Of a stretch of DNA of 64,000 nucleotides, positions 59,801-64,000 are shown in pieces (position 1 is the first letter of the stretch; every line of letters starts with the position of its first letter). Under the pieces are notes generated by a model. That model did not search any database. It worked only from the letters and a program-made list of their open reading frames with translations, and was not told where the DNA came from. The DNA is taken from assembly GCA_964016885.1 (NCBI GenBank), contig OZ024743.1, positions 131,316,001 to 131,380,000 of the forward strand. Direction: 5' to 3'. This stretch comes from Eledone cirrhosa (lineage: Eukaryota). Made by a program: the position numbers and the translations under genes.

Positions 59801-61650
59801 TGGTGTTTGGTGTTTGGTGCTTGGTGCTTGGTGCTTGGAGTTTGGTGTTTGGTGCTTGGTGCTTTGTGTTTTGTGTTTGGTGTTTGGTTTTTGGTGCTTG
59901 GTGCTTGGTCCTTGGTGTTTGGTGCTGGGTGCTTTGTGTTTGGTGCTTGGTGCTTGGTGTTTGGTGTTTGCTGCTTGGTGTTTGATGCTTGGTGCTTGGT
60001 GCTTGGTGTTTTGTGTTTGGTGCTTGGTTCTTGGTGTTTGGTGCTTGGTGCTTGGTACTTGGTGTTTGTACTTGGTGCTTGGTGCTTGGTGTTTGGTTCT
60101 TGGTTCTTGGTGTTTGGTACTTGGTGCTTCGTGCTTGATGTTTGGTGTTTGGTGCTTGGTGTTTGGTGCTTGGTGCTTGGTGCTTGGTGTTAGGTGTTTG
60201 GTGCTTGGTCCTTGGTGTTTGGTGCTTGGTGTTTGGTGTTTGCTGTTTGGTGTTTGGTGTTTGGTGTTTGGTGTTTGCTGTTTGGTGTCTGCTTTTTGGT
60301 GTTCAGTGTTTGCTGTATGGTGTTTGGTGTTTGCTGTTTGGTGTTTGGTCTTTGGTCCTTGGTGTTTGGTGCTTGGTGCTTGGTGTTTGGTGTTTGGTGC
60401 TTGGTGCTTGGTGTTTGGTGTTTGGTGCTTGGTGTTTGGTGTTTGGTGCTTGGTGTCTGGTGCTTGGTGTTTGGTTTTTAGTGCTTGGTGTTTGGTGTTT
60501 GGTGTTTGGTGTTTGGTGCTTGGAGCTTGGTGTTTGGTGTTTGGTGCTTGGTATCTGGTGCTTGGTGTTTGGTGTTTGGTGCTTGGTGTTTGGTGTTTGG
60601 TGTTTGGTGCTTGGTACTTGGTGTTTGGTGTTTGGTGCTTGGCGTTTGGTGTTTGGTGTTATATGCTTGGTGTTTGATGCTTGGTGCTTGGTGCTTGGTG
60701 TTTGGTGCTTGGTGTTTGATGCTTGGTGCTTGGTGCTTGGTGTTTGGTGCTTGGTGCTTGGTGTTTGTACTTGGTGCTTGGTGCTTGGTTCTTGGTGTTT
60801 GGTGCTTGGTGCTTGGTGTTTGGTGTTTGGTGTTTGGTGTTTGGTGCTTGGTGTTTGGTGCTTGGTGCTTGGTGCTTAGTGCTTGGTGTTTGGTGCTTGG
60901 TGTTAGGTGTTTGGTGCTTGGTGCTTGGTGTTTGGTGTTTGGTGCTTGGTGTTTGGTGCTTGGTGTTTGGTGTTAGGTGTTTGGTACTTGGTGCTTGGTG
61001 CTTGGTGTTAGGTGTTTGGTGCTTGGTGTTTGGTGTCTGGTTTTTGGTGCTTGGTGCTTGGTGTTTGGTGCTTGCTGCTGGCTGCTTGGTGTTTGGTGCT
61101 TGGTGATTGGTGCTTGGTGTTTGGTGCTTGGTGTTTGGTGTTTGGTGCTAGGTGCTTGGTGTTTGGTGCTTGGTGGTTGGTGTTTGTACTTGGTGCTTGG
61201 TGCTTGGTTCTTGGTGTTTGGTGCTTGGTGCTTGGTGTTTGGTGCTTGGTGCTTGGTGTTTGGTGCTTGGTGTTTGGTGCTTGGTGTTTGGTGCTTGGTG
61301 CTTGGTGCTTGGTGTTTGGTGCTTGGTGTTTGGTGCTTGGTGTTAGGTGTTTGGTGCTTGGTGCTTGGTGTTAGGTGTTTGGTGCTTGGTGTTTGGTGCT
61401 TGGTGTTTGGTGCTTGGTGCTTGGTGCTTGGTGCTTGGTGTTTGGTGGTTGGTGTTTGGTGCTTGGTGTTAGGTGTTTGGTGCTTGGTGCTTGGTGTTTG
61501 GTGTTTGGTGCTTGGTGTTTGGTGTTTGGTGCTTGGTGTTTGGTGCTTTTTGCTTGGTGCTTGGTGCTTGGTGTTTGGTGCTTGGTGCTTGGTGTTTGGT
61601 GCTGGGTGCTTGGTGTTTGGTGTTTGGTGTTATATGCTTGGTGTTTGATG
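53900..61650. repeat. Tandem duplication of a ~4.1-kb unit carrying the variant-rich module (offset 4,097, falling to 3,684 after a 413-bp indel)
   Basis: ORFs 54361->58458 and 55349->59446 (+4097); 56458->60142 and 57039->60723 (+3684). Private markers GGTATCT and GGTCTTT-GGTCCTT are shared. Confidence 0.87.
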
Positions 61651-64000
61651 CTTGGTGCTTGGTGCTTGGTGTTTGGTGTTTGGTGCTTGGTGCTTGGTGT
61701 TTGGTGCTTGGTGCTTGGTGTTTAGTGCTTGGTGTTTGGTGCTTGGTGTTTGGTGCTTGGTGCTTGGTGCTTGGTGCTTGGTGTTTGGTGGTTGGTGCTT
61801 GGTGCTTGGTGTTAGGTGTTTGGTGCTTGGTGCTTGGTGTTTGGTGTTTGGTGCTTGGTGTTTGGTGTTTGGTGCTTGGTGTTTGGTGCTTGGTACTTGG
61901 TGCTTGGTGCTTGGTGTTAGGTGTTTGGTGCTTGGTGTTTGGTGTCTGGTTTTTGGTGCTTGGTGCTTGGTGCTTAGTGTTTGGTGCTTGGTGCTTAGTG
62001 TTTGGTGGTAGGTGCTTGGTGTTTGGTGCTTGGTGCTTGGTGTTTGGTGCCTGGTGCTTGGTGTTTGGTGTTTGGTGTTTGGTGCTTGGTGCTTGGTGTT
62101 TGGTGTTTGCTGTTTGCTGTTTGTTGTTTGGTGTTTGCTGTTTGGTGTTTGGTGTTTGCTTTTTGGTGCTTGGTGTTTGATGCTTGGTGCTTGGTGCTTG
62201 GTGTTTGGTGCTTGGTGCTTGGTGTTTGGTGTTTGGTGCTTGGTGCTTGGTGTTTGGTGCTTGCTCGTGGCTGCTTGGTGTTTCGTGCTTGGTGATTGGT
62301 GCTTGGTGTTTGGTGCTTGGTGTTTGGTGTTTGGTGCTAGGTGCTTGGTGTTTGGTGCTTGGTGCTTGGTGTTTGTACTTGGTGCTTGGTCCTTGGTTCT
62401 TGGTGTTTGGTGCTTGGTGCTTGGTGTTTGGTGCTTGGTGCTTGGTGTTTGGTGCTTGGTGTTTGGTGCTTGGTGTTTGGTGTTTGGTGCTTGGTGCTTG
62501 GTGTTTGGTGCTTGGTGTTTGGTGCTTGGTGTTAGGTGTTTGGTGCTTGGTGCTTGGTGTTTGGTGTTTGGTGCTTGGCGTTTGGTGTTTGGTGTTATAT
62601 GCTTGGTGTTTGATGCTTGGTGCTTGGTGCTTGGTGTTTGGTGCTTGGTGTTTGATGCTTGGTGCTTGGTGCTTGGTGTTTGGTGCTTGGTGCTTGGTGT
62701 TTGTACTTGGTGCTTGGTGCTTGGTTCTTGGTGTTTGGTGCTTGGTGCTTGGTGTTTGGTGTTTGGTGCTTGGTGTTTGGTGCTTGGTGTTTGGTGCTTG
62801 GTGCTTGGTGCTTAGTGCTTGGTGTTTGGTGCTTGGTGTTAGGTGTTTGGTGCTTGGTGCTTGGTGTTTGGTGTTTGGTGCTTGGTGTTTGGTGCTTGGT
62901 GTTTGGTGCTTGGTGTTTGGTGCTTGGTACTTGGTGCTTGGTGCTTGGTGTTAGGTGTTTGGTGCTTGGTGCTTGGTGTTTGGTTTTTGGTGCTTGGTGC
63001 TTGGTGTTTGGTGTTTGGGGCTTGCTGCTGGCTGCTTGGTGTTTGGTGTTTGGTGTTTGGTGCTTGGTACTTGGTGCTTGGTGCTTGGTGTTAGGTGTTT
63101 GGTGCTTGGTGTTTGGTGTCTGGTTTTTGGTGCTTGGTGCTTGGTGTTTGGTGCTTGCTGCTGGCTGCTTGGTGTTTGGTGCTTGGTGATTGGTGCTTGG
63201 TGTTTGGTGCTTGGTGTTTGGTGTTTGGTGCTAGGTGCTTGGTGTTTGGTGCTTGGTGCTTGGTGTTTGTACTTGGTGCTTGGTGCTTGGTTCTTGGTGT
63301 TTGGTGCTTGGTGCTTGGTGTTTGGTGCTTGGTGCTTGGTGTTTGGTGCTTTGTGTTTGGTGCTTGGTGTTTGGTGCTTGGTGCTTGGTGCTTGGTGTTT
63401 GGTGCTTGGTGTTTGGTGCTTGGTGTTAGGTGTTTGGTGCTTGGTGCTTGGTGTTAGGTGTTTGGTGCTTGGTGTTTGGTGCTTGGTGTTTGGTGCTTGG
63501 TGCTTGGTGCTTGGTGCTTGGTGTTTGGTGGTTGGTGTTTGGTGCTTGGTGTTAGGTGTTTGGTGCTTGGTGCTTGGTGTTTGGTGTTTGGTGCTTGGTG
63601 TTTGGTGTTTGGTGCTTGGTGTTTGGTGCTTTTTGCTTGGTGCTTGGTGCTTGGTGTTTGGTGCTTGGTGCTTGGTGTTTGGTGCTGGGTGCTTGGTGTT
63701 TGGTGTTTGGTGTTATATGCTTGGTGTTTGATGCTTGGTGCTTGGTGCTTGGTGTTTGGTGTTTGGTGCTTGGTGTTTGATGCTTGGTGCTTGGTGCTTG
63801 GTGTTTGGTGCTTGGTGCTTGGTGTTTGGTGCTTGGTGCTTGGTGTTTAGTGCTTGGTGTTTGGTGCTTGGTGTTTGGTGCTTGGTGCTTGGTGCTTGGT
63901 GCTTGGTGTTTGGTGGTTGGTGCTTGGTGCTTGGTGTTAGGTGTTTGGTGCTTGGTGCTTGGTGTTTGGTGTTTGGTGCTTGGTGTTTGGTGTTTGGTGC

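Larger units (their letters stand above)
1..64000. repeat. Heptamer tandem satellite array (GGTGYTT)n / (AARCACC)n, about 9,150 units, no boundary within the window
   Basis: Every line of sequence reads as GGTGCTT or GGTGTTT units, or 1-2-nt variants of them. G/T-rich polarity is the same throughout and no inversion or unique sequence was seen. All six ORF frames give 7-aa periodic peptides. Confidence 0.99.

Noticed and set aside
13-63850. Hundreds of plus-strand ORFs encoding (LVLGAWC/LVFGVWC)n
   Set aside because: They overlap in all three frames with the same peptide, mostly start at GTG/TTG, and end at sporadic variant units. This is the expected read-through of an A-free repeat.
1-64000. 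CRISPR array
   Set aside because: There are no 23-50-bp repeats separated by unique spacers, no leader and no cas genes.
1-64000. Cyanobacterial STRR heptamers (for example TT(G/T)GTCA) or D. virilis 7-bp satellites
   Set aside because: The unit sequence differs, and STRRs are short intergenic tracts rather than arrays of tens of kb.
1-64000. Pure sequencing or basecalling artefact, or a rolling-circle concatemer
   Set aside because: Rare variants recur in conserved order with hierarchical divergence, varying periods and an exact 7-bp register. An artefact would give noise or a single fixed period. Copy number of the youngest duplications still needs read support.
1-64000. Fungal RIP signature (TG>TA in AGTGCTT and GGTACTT)
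   Set aside because: The vast majority of TpG/CpA sites are intact and other substitution types are about as common.

Overview
The entire 64-kb window is one uninterrupted, single-orientation heptamer satellite with consensus GGTGYTT (minus strand AARCACC), about 9,150 units, running off both ends. Two major units, GGTGCTT and GGTGTTT, are finely interspersed, with recurrent rare variants such as GGTGTTA, GATGCTT, GGTACTT, GCTGTTT, TATGCTT and a 6-bp GTACTT. No credible gene, RNA gene, CRISPR array or mobile element is visible. All ORFs are read-through of an A-free (plus) or T-free (minus) repeat. The rare variants reveal layered higher-order repeats (HORs): a variant-rich 7.1-8.6-kb HOR in four copies (about 1-29 kb), a more homogeneous 3,908-bp HOR domain with nested 2,265-bp and 7,284-bp duplications (about 29-55 kb), and two returns of the variant-rich module (about 55-61 kb). 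The most likely reading is eukaryotic satellite or telomere-like DNA. The organism cannot be determined from the sequence.
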